Source: Promethearchaeota archaeon (GTDB taxonomy: Archaea; Asgardarchaeota; Lokiarchaeia; Sigyniarchaeales; SOKP01). Taken from it: 32,000 bases of DNA. How positions within the stretch are numbered: position 1 is the first letter of the stretch; every line of letters begins with the position of its first letter. Made by a program: the position numbers and the translations under genes. This document shows positions 21,414 through 30,426 of this stretch, one piece after another. Below the pieces are notes generated by a model, which did not search any database, was not told where the DNA came from, and was given only the letters and a program-made list of their open reading frames with translations. Location: NCBI GenBank assembly GCA_030606485.1, contig JAUWGH010000001.1:210001-242000 (forward strand). The letters are read 5' to 3'.

Positions 21414-22649
21414 TTAAAGATGTTCATTCTTAACAGGTGTTATGAAGGCAATAATTATTATCGTTATCCCTAAAAATAAGAACACCGCATATAAGTTCCA
21501 TGTTGCCATAAACCCAATAATTGGATTCATTATTGCTAGCGAAATCCCAAAGATCATACTTATTGTACTTAAAACAGTTGCTCTATTTTCTGGTTCAATT
21601 TGTTTGTTGATTCCATCTACAAAAATTAGCCATCTTGGAAAGCCAAACCCCGTAACGATTAATATCAAGCCAATACTTATAGGAATGATATTCGTAAAAC
21701 TCATAAATATAAATGCTAATCCTACTAACACCGTGCTAAACATTAAATACCTCTTACGCTTCTTAAACCATTTCATAAATTTTGGTATAAAATTCAAAAA
21801 CACCATCTCTGTAAATGTCATCATGGACAATATAAAGCCGAAAAAAATTATTGGAACGTTGAGCACATCAAGATACAATTGAGAAGTCCAAAACATGAAA
21901 TAAATTAACACACCAACTGAAATTTTATCGATTATTAAGAAGATTAATACTTTACTATTTTTTATTTGTATGAAACCTTGTTTTAGGAAATGTAGATATT
22001 TCTTATGCTCAGTTTTATGATCGTTAGGCTCCTTAAAAGATAGGGAAATTAATGCTGCACAAAATGATGGAAAGAAACAAAAAAACATTGTAAATTGTAG
22101 TGAAATATATTCTGCAATAATGGAACCAATTGGACCGCTAATCATTATTCCAATTAATAAAAAACTATCTACACGTCCTATAATTTTCGTATATCTTTCT
22201 TCTTGATTTGTTTTCTTTAATGTATCATATAAAAAAGCTTCACCTGCACCGGATAATAATGCTTCTCCCAATGCGAAAAAAGTTTCTCCAATTGCAAAAA
22301 TAAATATGCTTGGCATACTAGAATAAATCAATGTCGCTAGTGCAATAGCAAAAGCTGCAATCGTTATGACGTATTTCCGACCTAAATAATCTGCTATTGC
22401 ACCACTTGGAACTTCAAATAAAAAGTTCATAAATAAAAAATAACTTTGCAAAATTGTGATTTCGATAAATGTGATTTGACCCCATTCCATAAAAAAGGGA
22501 ACTATAACACCTATAGAAGTATGGAAAAACAAAAAAAAACTAAATAAATAAAATTTCGGCACATTTCTACTGTAATCTATCTCTATTGTTTTTTGTTCCG
22601 TTGCAAGCTGGAACTCTCCTGTTCCATTAGTTCTTTCTAAATCAGTCAC
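21414..22649 (-). CDS. MFS transporter, tandem paralog 1 (GTG start)
   Basis: FEVPSGAIADYLGRK motif A, about 12 TM segments, NRATVLS; AGGTG ribosome-binding site. Confidence 0.9.
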   Translation of the reverse strand: MTDLERTNGTGEFQLATEQKTIEIDYSRNVPKFYLFSFFLFFHTSIGVIVPFFMEWGQITFIEITILQSYFLFMNFLFEVPSGAIADYLGRKYVITIAAFAIALATLIYSSMPSIFIFAIGETFFALGEALLSGAGEAFLYDTLKKTNQEERYTKIIGRVDSFLLIGIMISGPIGSIIAEYISLQFTMFFCFFPSFCAALISLSFKEPNDHKTEHKKYLHFLKQGFIQIKNSKVLIFLIIDKISVGVLIYFMFWTSQLYLDVLNVPIIFFGFILSMMTFTEMVFLNFIPKFMKWFKKRKRYLMFSTVLVGLAFIFMSFTNIIPISIGLILIVTGFGFPRWLIFVDGINKQIEPENRATVLSTISMIFGISLAIMNPIIGFMATWNLYAVFLFLGITIIIIAFITPVKNEHL

Positions 22650-22689
22650 TTTTACAACACCTATTTCTTATTTCGGAATGAAATCAACG

Positions 22690-23940
22690 TCAAAGATGGT
22701 CATTCTTAACAGGTGTTATAAAGGCAATTATTATTATCGTTACTCCTAAAAATAAGAACACCGCATATAAGTTCCAAGTTGCCATTAACCCTATAAATGG
22801 GTTCATTATAGCTTGTAAAACTCCACCGAGCATACTAATTGCGCTTAAAACTGTTGCCCTGTTCTCTGATTCAATTTGTTTATTGATTCCTTCGGCAAAG
22901 ATTATTCGTCGCGAAAATCCGAAACCTAAAATGATCATAATTAAAATAATACCTACTGGGACAATTTGCGTAAAGCTCATAAATATAAATGCTGCACCGG
23001 TCATCAATGTACTAAACATTAAGTATCTCTTGCCTTTTTTAAACCATTTCATAAACTTTGGTACAAGATTAAGACATACCATCTCTGAAAATGTCAGCAA
23101 GACCAATATGAAACCGAAATATATTATCGGAACATTAAGCGCACTCAAGTATAACTGATAAGTCCAAATAATGAAGAATGCTAATACATTAACTGAAATC
23201 ATGTCAAACGCTAATATTTGTAATACTTTATTATGTCTTAAATGCGTAAAACCTTCTTTCAATATCTTTAAGTATCTCTTTGATTTTTTTACTAAATCAG
23301 AATTGGGTTCCTTGAAAGTAAATGATACAATCGCAGCCATCATCATTGGGAAAAAACAAATTGTCATAGTCAATTGCAACGAAATATATTCTGCAATAAT
23401 CGAACCAATTGGACCACTGATCATTATTCCTAATATCGCCATACTATTTGCCCGACCCCAGATCTTAGAAAAACTTTCCTGTTTGTTCATTTTCTTCAAT
23501 GTATCATATATAAAAGCTTCATTTGCGCCTGAAGATAAAGCTGCACCTAATGCCCAAAGGGTTTCTCCAATTACAAAAATGAATATATTTGGCATACTTG
23601 AATAAACCAATGTTGCCAGTGCGGTCATAAGAGCCGATATTATCATGGCAAGCTTACGCCCTAAAAAATCTGCAATCGCACCACTTGGAACTTCAAACAC
23701 AAATATCATAAACATGAAATAACTCTGTAAAAACATAATTTCGACAAATGTTATTTGACCCCAATCTAGAAAAAAGGGAACTAACACTCCACTAACTGTG
23801 TGCATACTAATGAAAAGATTAAATAAGTAAAACTTCAACACGTTCCTACTGTAATCTATCTCATTCGCTTTCCGTTCCACTGCAGGTTGGATATATTCCT
23901 TTCCATTTTTCCTTTCTGAATTGTTCATTTTTTTTAACAC
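22690..23940 (-). CDS. MFS transporter, tandem paralog 2
   Basis: FEVPSGAIADFLGRK; collinear with the neighbouring paralog; same AGGTG ribosome-binding site. Confidence 0.9.
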   Translation of the reverse strand: MLKKMNNSERKNGKEYIQPAVERKANEIDYSRNVLKFYLFNLFISMHTVSGVLVPFFLDWGQITFVEIMFLQSYFMFMIFVFEVPSGAIADFLGRKLAMIISALMTALATLVYSSMPNIFIFVIGETLWALGAALSSGANEAFIYDTLKKMNKQESFSKIWGRANSMAILGIMISGPIGSIIAEYISLQLTMTICFFPMMMAAIVSFTFKEPNSDLVKKSKRYLKILKEGFTHLRHNKVLQILAFDMISVNVLAFFIIWTYQLYLSALNVPIIYFGFILVLLTFSEMVCLNLVPKFMKWFKKGKRYLMFSTLMTGAAFIFMSFTQIVPVGIILIMIILGFGFSRRIIFAEGINKQIESENRATVLSAISMLGGVLQAIMNPFIGLMATWNLYAVFLFLGVTIIIIAFITPVKNDHL

Positions 23941-24308
23941 CTATTTTTTTTTTGTAATAAAACCAACTCTATTTGAAAGAAATCCGTGGAATTATTGTAT
24001 AGAAAAAGAATCTCTGAGACTTAAGAAAGATGAAGGAAAAACAAGAATAATGAAGGCAGTGATAAGAAGATGTAAAAGAGAAAAGGAGTTGATTTTATAA
24101 TCGTATCATAAGAAAATCAATGTTGTCATACAAGTCAAATTGACAGATGGCATACTATCTACTTTGAGTAGTCCGATAATTTTATTCCATCTATCTTGAT
24201 TATATAACATAAAATACTCATCAATTTTTTATGATTAGAAATATATTTAACGCCTCGAATATAAACTTATCGGAATGAGTTGCTTTCTATCTCCGATTTA
24301 TGGGAAAA

Positions 24309-24327
24309 TGGTGGGAATACACCACCA
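24309..24327 (-). terminator. Small hairpin followed by TTTT on the minus strand, downstream of the radical SAM gene
   Basis: TGGTGG-N7-CCACCA 6-bp stem about 95 bp past the stop at 24420. Confidence 0.3.
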
Positions 24328-24419
24328 AATTATTGACTTAAAATAAATCAAAATATATAGAGAATTCTCGTTCGAATAAAAGAAAAAATTATTATTATTA
24401 AAAAAAGATGTAAAAATGA

Positions 24420-26108
24420 TTATTTTTGAACTGCTTTAACCAGCTCTTCTATCTCGGCTCGTACTTGTTGGGGTGTTATATTTAATACCCCCTTTGCCAA
24501 TTGCTCTTCAATGCGGGGCCTGTGAATGGTATTATAAGCACAGAACGGAATTTCTAAGACTTTTGAAGGATCTGAAGGGTCAATTACACCGTAATGAACT
24601 AAACAGCGCTCCACTCGCTCCAAATCAAAATTGTAAGCATCTTGAAAATGCATCGCAGAAATCATTAAATTTTTCGATAGCAAGAAGTCTCCTGCAGCCT
24701 GTAATCCCGGTTTGAAAATAAGACCTGTAAACCTTTGTAATGTTTTTGATGAAAGTATTTTTTCTGGATTTTTAACATATCTAATGAGTCCTGCAAAGAA
24801 ATAAGCCCTCATCAAATTCCTATAAGCAGCATCAGCCATACCATCAATAAAGTCACCAACAACAGTTCCGAATTTACCTAAACTTTTAATGTCAAAACTA
24901 CCGAACAGTTTTGTTGGTTTGGGTATTTCTTTATTTTGAACCATATCCCAGACTTTATTCGACCATCTAATCAATCCTTCGGCATCAAAATAGTTCTCAA
25001 TAGGTTCCCATTCATTATCTTTATTAATTACGCAAATAGTAGCAAATCCGCAATCATGATGGCTTAACATCGAAAATTCAGGCAGATCATCAAACCAAGC
25101 AAGTAGCCTTGTTAATTTACCAGTCGTTGCGATTGGGTAGAAATTTTTAATGGCTCCATTTGTGCATTCATTAAGTGCAACTTTTAAATCACTTGTTGTG
25201 TATCTCATATCCATCAATTCTTCATAGCTTATCCTTCCGCATAAAGATACCGGTTGAAATACAACACCAGCAACCACATCGGTATTCTCCTTTGCATAAT
25301 CCATAATATTTCCAATTTCATGGTCATTAATTCCCTTACATACAGTTGGAACCAGCATAACACCTGATAAACCAACTTCTCGGCAATTCTCTATTACTTT
25401 TTGTTTCAAAGGCCATAGATTTACGCCTCTTATTTTTTTGTAAGTTTCAGGAGTGCAACCGTCGAATTGTAAATAAACTGCGTCAAGTCCTGCATTCTTT
25501 AATTTTCTACAATATTCTACAGATTTTCCTAATTTTACTCCATTGGTAGAAAGCATAACTTCTATAAATCCAACCTCATGTCCTTTTCGGATTAAATCGA
25601 AAAGGTCCTCTCTCATTGTAGGCTCTCCACCAGCAAATTGAAGTAAAACAGGTGGAACAGGTTTTATTGTTCTGAAATGTTTAAAAATTTGAACTATTTG
25701 ATCGAATGTGGGTTCTACGACATAACCTGCTGCATTTGCATTAGCAAAACAAATGGGACAAACTAAATTACATCTATTTGTTAGATCTACCAACGCAATA
25801 CAAGGAGCAGATTTATGATTCTCACAGATGCCACAATCATAAGGGCAACCATTTTTCCTCTCTTTAATCCCAGAGCTAACATAATTTGGTTGCGTTGATG
25901 TTAAAGTTGAGCCAACATCTCTACAGAAATCTTGACCCCAAATATAATCTTCCTTATTAATTGATAATTTATCCTTGAATTCACCATGAGTTTTACATTC
26001 TTTTCGCATCATAACCCATTGTGTCTTATCATCAACATATATTTCGGCTGGAATTGGTTGAAGACAGTCCGGACAAATACTTGTAGTAGTTCTTATTACT
26101 TCAGTCAT
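24420..26108 (-). CDS. tes: Tetraether lipid synthase (Tes/GDGT-MAS, MJ0619 family) radical SAM protein
   Basis: N-terminal CPDC...CKTHG metal site, GCPYDCGICENH auxiliary cluster, CNLVCPIC radical SAM motif, QFAGGEPT, YLQFDG, FQPVS, SHHDCG, MHFQDAYNFD, RCLVHY, IPFCAYN. Confidence 0.82.
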   Translation of the reverse strand: MTEVIRTTTSICPDCLQPIPAEIYVDDKTQWVMMRKECKTHGEFKDKLSINKEDYIWGQDFCRDVGSTLTSTQPNYVSSGIKERKNGCPYDCGICENHKSAPCIALVDLTNRCNLVCPICFANANAAGYVVEPTFDQIVQIFKHFRTIKPVPPVLLQFAGGEPTMREDLFDLIRKGHEVGFIEVMLSTNGVKLGKSVEYCRKLKNAGLDAVYLQFDGCTPETYKKIRGVNLWPLKQKVIENCREVGLSGVMLVPTVCKGINDHEIGNIMDYAKENTDVVAGVVFQPVSLCGRISYEELMDMRYTTSDLKVALNECTNGAIKNFYPIATTGKLTRLLAWFDDLPEFSMLSHHDCGFATICVINKDNEWEPIENYFDAEGLIRWSNKVWDMVQNKEIPKPTKLFGSFDIKSLGKFGTVVGDFIDGMADAAYRNLMRAYFFAGLIRYVKNPEKILSSKTLQRFTGLIFKPGLQAAGDFLLSKNLMISAMHFQDAYNFDLERVERCLVHYGVIDPSDPSKVLEIPFCAYNTIHRPRIEEQLAKGVLNITPQQVRAEIEELVKAVQK

Positions 26109-26649
26109 TATTTTAACCTCTCATACTGGGGGAATAATTGTATGAAAGAAAAGTTATTTAATTAAATACTCTTTTATTCAATTTAAAGATTATAAGATAA
26201 CTAATATTTGGATTGATATTTTTTATTAAAAATATGTTAATTTTTTAATAAATTGATTGAAAATAGCCAATAACTCATTATTTTTTAGATTAGGCGTTAT
26301 TTGACTTTTTTTACTTTAATTGAAAGATTTCTTTTTTATTAACATTATTCAATTTGTTCTAAATGAGTAATATTAGAACTTATTAATTTGATTTTAGAAT
26401 AAGCTCTTAATATTGAAAATATCAATATATAAATAATAAATATTCCAAAAAATTTGAGATTATTCCCTTTAGAATTTCATTTTTTCATTTAAATTGGGAT
26501 ATAAAGATTTTGTTAAAACTTTGTATTCTAATAGAGTACACTTCTATTCGATTTTTTTTAAAAAAATAAAATAGAGGTCAGTTTAAAATATAAAAAAGAC
26601 CAATTAGAATTAAAAAATAAAGATTTAAAAAGAGAACTCCTACTTAAGT

Positions 26650-26670
26650 AACTTTATATAGCATAAAGTT
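26650..26670 (+). promoter_or_regulatory. TTTATATA box (26653-26660) embedded in the inverted repeat AACTTTAT-N5-ATAAAGTT
   Basis: Consensus archaeal TATA box with no protein-coding gene at a normal distance; points toward the structured element at 26727. Confidence 0.45.
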
Positions 26671-26680
26671 TTGAAAGCTT

Positions 26681-26706
26681 TACGTAGCGTTAATCTCTAC
26701 GTAGCG
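26681..26706. repeat. Direct repeat TACGTAGCG x2 (17-bp period)
   Basis: Copies at 26681-26689 and 26698-26706; the second contains the palindrome CTACGTAG. Confidence 0.7.
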
Positions 26707-26726
26707 GAGCTATTTTTTGAAAGGTG

Positions 26727-26826
26727 GATCCCTGCCACAAACAAATAGGGGGAGGAGGAGGGCGAAAATAAGTGTAGACTATATTCTACACCAACCAAAA
26801 GACAAAAATCCAGAGTGGCAGGGATC
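26727..26826 (+). ncRNA. Candidate structured non-coding RNA or non-autonomous inverted-repeat element (strand uncertain)
   Basis: Perfect 12-bp terminal inverted repeat GATCCCTGCCAC/GTGGCAGGGATC, inner hairpin GTGTAGA-N6-TCTACAC (26772-26791), G-rich tract, about 46% GC versus about 15% in a sampled flank line, T-tract after 26826. Confidence 0.45.
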
Positions 26827-27193
26827 TTATTTTTGGTTTTTATTCCTATTTAATTTTTGCCTTTAATATTCCTCCAATCAATAATTTCTACAGAATTATC
26901 ATTCCAATTTTTATACTTAAATTTATGTCAATCTGTTAATTAAACTTTTTAAAGATTCAAGTTTTATGTCTTATTTAATATATATATGTGGTTCTATTTT
27001 AATAATCTTTTCTGTTTTATTGTGAGCTACATGAGAAAATATTTTTTCTTTTAAATATAATTTCGAAAAAATGTCGAATTTTGATAATTTTGATAATAAT
27101 TTTTTATTGATTTTTATATTTTTAAGGACTTTTTTAAATAATTTATAATTTTATATCACATAAGTATTATTAATAGGTCTAATTTGAGATAAT

Positions 27194-27568
27194 ATGCCAC
27201 AAAATCAAAGATCTGATTTAAATAATGGTGATAAATTTAGAAATAATCTCTTTTTGGTATTCTATTGTATAATAGGTTTTGTTGTTTCAAATATTAATAT
27301 GTATATAATAGTATTATCAATGGAGGTATGGGCTTACTTATTAATCATCTTTTTAATTATAATCCCTGCAATCATTATTGGATTAAGGTTACGAATATGG
27401 TCATATGGTTATATGATTGGATATTCTACTGCAGGAATCTTGGGAATATTTATATATGATCTTTTTATTGGTGCTTATACAGTAGCCGTTTCGATTTTCA
27501 TTTTTATAATTTTATGGTTGATTTTTTATAAGACGTGGCGTTCAATCTCAAAAATTAAAGTAGAGTGA
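27194..27568 (+). CDS. Small hypothetical membrane protein (about 4 TM)
   Basis: 124-aa ATG ORF with four hydrophobic segments and a basic C-terminus. Confidence 0.7.
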   Translation: MPQNQRSDLNNGDKFRNNLFLVFYCIIGFVVSNINMYIIVLSMEVWAYLLIIFLIIIPAIIIGLRLRIWSYGYMIGYSTAGILGIFIYDLFIGAYTVAVSIFIFIILWLIFYKTWRSISKIKVE

Positions 27569-27598
27569 GTAAGGTTTTCAAAATTATTTCGATATAAT

Positions 27599-28987
27599 TT
27601 AATCTTGCTTTTTTAGTAAGAATGTGGGATTTTTGCATCCTACATCGATATCTCTTAAGAGGGTTTTAACATTTGGTTTTAATATATTTCTCATTAAAAT
27701 TGATATATAATTAGATTTTGGATTAAGAGTTTTTTTGTATTTCACAATTGATTTATTCCAATAATTATGGGAACAAAGTTTTCCCAAACTGTTTCTCGGT
27801 GGTGGCTTGGGATAATTTTTACTATAACCTAATACTATAAGAGAACATAAATGCCAATCATTAGGGCATTTTACTATTTCTTTTATTTTTTTTCTTGAAA
27901 AGCTTCCAACCCAACAAGTACCTATTCTCAATGAGTAGGCTCTTAATAATATCAGTTGAATAATGGCTCCTATGTCAATTTTTGCATAAAAAGCAGTAGA
28001 ATTTTTAGCTTCAAATGCAACTAAAATAATTAGAGGTACTTGCTGGACATGGGATTGTTTTACAAATACTACTTTAGCTGAATTTGCAATTTTTGAGAGC
28101 ACTTTGGGATTATCAATTGCAATAATTTTAATAAAAGGCTTATTTATAGTTGGGGGTATAGATAATCCTGACTTTACAATTTTAAGCATATTTGATAAAG
28201 AAATTTTATAGTTATCTCCTTCGTGATAATTCCTTATCGAGCGCCGATCAAGAATTGCATCAATTGTAGATATATTATATTCTTCCTCCTTAATTTTTTC
28301 TAATAAATCTTGCTGATTTTTTAACGAATTCTCCCATAGATTATGAGATAGAAAATCTTCAAGAATTAATTGTTTTTCAGGGATATTTTCCTCAAGCTCA
28401 TTTGAAAAGCCCAATGCAAGAATTGCATCAATTGATATATGTTTTGGCATTTGTACTATTTCTCTGACATACTTTCGATTAAATATTCTTATCCATCTAG
28501 TAGATAATCCCATTTCATTTGCAACTAATATCATGTTAATTATCGCAGCACCCATTTCAGTTTCTCCATATACTTTTCCGGTCAACCTATTAGAATGGCA
28601 GCAAATTATAAATATAGGCGCAGACTGAGCACTTGAAACATCAATTTTATGTCTATTTTGCATTTCAGATTGATATAGGTCTTGTTCAACATTGAAGTAG
28701 GATTCATCAAATCTAAAACTTGCCTTATTTACATCTTCTTCCTTAATTTTTTTAGTAACTGATAATCTTTTAATTAACCGAGGATCTCCATCTTTTATAG
28801 ATTCTTTAATAAGTTTTAATTTATCAGCATTATTTATAGTGATAAATTTCCAAACTTGTTGATTTTGAGCGGAAGGAGCCCAACGTGCCGCTTCAAGGAT
28901 TTTTAGAATAGTTTCTCTCTTAATTTTCTTATTAGAATCAAATTTTAGGGCATTTTTGAGTGATCTTAAATTATTTATTAATTTCAT
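27599..28987 (-). CDS. Nitroreductase-family protein with two fused domains
   Basis: Domain 1 EAARWAPSAQNQQVWKF; domain 2 AILDRRSIRNY and GTCWVGSF. Confidence 0.85.
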   Translation of the reverse strand: MKLINNLRSLKNALKFDSNKKIKRETILKILEAARWAPSAQNQQVWKFITINNADKLKLIKESIKDGDPRLIKRLSVTKKIKEEDVNKASFRFDESYFNVEQDLYQSEMQNRHKIDVSSAQSAPIFIICCHSNRLTGKVYGETEMGAAIINMILVANEMGLSTRWIRIFNRKYVREIVQMPKHISIDAILALGFSNELEENIPEKQLILEDFLSHNLWENSLKNQQDLLEKIKEEEYNISTIDAILDRRSIRNYHEGDNYKISLSNMLKIVKSGLSIPPTINKPFIKIIAIDNPKVLSKIANSAKVVFVKQSHVQQVPLIILVAFEAKNSTAFYAKIDIGAIIQLILLRAYSLRIGTCWVGSFSRKKIKEIVKCPNDWHLCSLIVLGYSKNYPKPPPRNSLGKLCSHNYWNKSIVKYKKTLNPKSNYISILMRNILKPNVKTLLRDIDVGCKNPTFLLKKQD

Positions 28988-29014
28988 AACAAATCATAAG
29001 AATAATTAATGAAA

Positions 29015-29224
29015 TTATAAAAAAAATGGAAGTTTGCATTTAATACATGATTTACCTTCAAGACTGGCTTTTTTTGCACACTCTAAGCAATATGGTTGGC
29101 CGCATTTTTTACATTCATAAACATCTCCCTTAATTTGTCCTTTATGAAATAAGCAAAAATCTTTTTTGATTTCAATAGTGGGAGGCATTGTTGGAGGAGG
29201 CGGGATTTTCTTTTCATTACTCAT
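29015..29224 (-). CDS. Stand-alone RING-like cross-brace zinc finger with polyproline N-terminus
   Basis: C-x2-H-x10-C-x2-C-x4-C-x2-C-x10-C-x2-C; PPPPTMPP; GAGG ribosome-binding site. Confidence 0.7.
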   Translation of the reverse strand: MSNEKKIPPPPTMPPTIEIKKDFCLFHKGQIKGDVYECKKCGQPYCLECAKKASLEGKSCIKCKLPFFL

Positions 29225-29264
29225 AAGTTTAACCTCTCAGGAAATTGTAAATTTTAAATTTAAT

Positions 29265-29729
29265 TTAAAGAAGGGGTATATCTTCAATCGCTACATTATT
29301 AATCTTAGGAATATTCGAAAATTTTTCCTTAATTTTTTCAAGAGATATATTAATTTCATTTAAATTAGCGATATTTATATAAGTTTCATAAAAACAAAAT
29401 TCTTCGGCGTAGCAGATACCTGTAGTATGCAGAATATAATCACTTAAATTCAAATCTTTTAAAACATTTGATATACCATTTACTAACTCTGGAGAAAAAT
29501 CTTTTAAATTTATTAAAATTTTTTTGATAGTTTTATTTTCTATCGGGAATATATTTATTTTCACGATATCTTCCCGAATGATATAAATCAACAAAAAATA
29601 AGGTTTCTTTTTCAAGGATTGGATTATTTCTTTTGGAATAATTTTATTTGAAACAATATCTTTATTAGTAACGATTAATCCTATCGAAACTCTTTTTCTT
29701 TTCTCATCATTTAATACCATTTTTACCAT
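29265..29729 (-). CDS. Hypothetical protein, C-terminal half possibly ACT-like
   Basis: 154-aa ORF co-oriented with the zinc-finger gene; beta-alpha-beta pattern with TTGIC...CFYETY. Fold assignment is weak. Confidence 0.55.
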   Translation of the reverse strand: MVKMVLNDEKRKRVSIGLIVTNKDIVSNKIIPKEIIQSLKKKPYFLLIYIIREDIVKINIFPIENKTIKKILINLKDFSPELVNGISNVLKDLNLSDYILHTTGICYAEEFCFYETYINIANLNEINISLEKIKEKFSNIPKINNVAIEDIPLL

Positions 29730-29864
29730 TAACTCTTGTTTTTTGTAATATAATTACAATTCTCTATTGAATAGGGAATTGTTAGTTTTAAATTTTCTGA
29801 TTTTTAATACGTTCAATAATACTTGGGTATTATTTGATTTAATAACCGATATTTTTAATGTGTA

Positions 29865-30413
29865 ATGTTGGAGATACTATCAAATTTAAAACCATTTTTA
29901 CACACCGGAGTAATTTTATTGTATTCTGATAATAAGTTTTCAAAAAATAGATATTCAATTGTTGATAACATATCTGCCAGATTTCACGCTATTTTTTTAA
30001 TAGATTCTAAGACTGGCTTAACTTTTTTAAGTAAAAAGTTCTCAAAAAACTTAAATAAATTTAATTCAGATAATGAAGATTTAATTTCAGGATTCTTAAA
30101 TGCTCTTAATTATTTTGTGAAAGAACTTGATTTTGAAAATGAATCAATAGAAGAAGTGAATTTTAAGAATAATAGAATTTTATATGAACAAAAAGGGCGT
30201 TTAATGGCTATAGCTATTTCAAAGAAAACAGATATTGGAATTGAACGGAGATTTCTTTCTATGATTATTAATGATTTTTATCTTTCTTTTAAATTTAATA
30301 TTGAAAACTTTTGTGGAGACGTGAGAATTTTTGAAAAATTTAAATCCAAATTAGATTTATATAAGATACCCAGTGTTATTCAACCAACACATTCAAAAAT
30401 AATACCTGGGTAA
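29865..30413 (+). CDS. Longin-domain protein (Asgard type; true start may be downstream)
   Basis: FHAIFLIDSKTGLTFLSKKF...NEDLISGFLNALNYFVKEL...IEEVNF...RILY...MAIAIS pattern typical of longin folds. Confidence 0.68.
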   Translation: MLEILSNLKPFLHTGVILLYSDNKFSKNRYSIVDNISARFHAIFLIDSKTGLTFLSKKFSKNLNKFNSDNEDLISGFLNALNYFVKELDFENESIEEVNFKNNRILYEQKGRLMAIAISKKTDIGIERRFLSMIINDFYLSFKFNIENFCGDVRIFEKFKSKLDLYKIPSVIQPTHSKIIPG

Positions 30414-30426
30414 TTTTTTGATTTAT

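Noticed and set aside
21442-23605. Several plus-strand ORFs of 91-146 aa over the MFS genes
   Set aside because: Antisense shadows of hydrophobic coding sequence; no motifs.
23950-24110. About 50 open codons on the plus strand upstream of the MFS pair
   Set aside because: No plausible start or ribosome-binding site and no motif; purine-rich intergenic sequence.
24420-26108. Annotation as MoaA or pterin dimethyltransferase
   Set aside because: The N-terminal metal site, extra Cys cluster and C-terminal MHF/RC/PFC motifs fit the MJ0619/Tes family, whose demonstrated role is lipid tail coupling.
26727-26826. Structured element considered as tRNA, 5S rRNA, SECIS or box C/D RNA
   Set aside because: No cloverleaf or TTCGA loop, no 5S conserved blocks, no C/D boxes, and no upstream in-frame UGA gene to serve.
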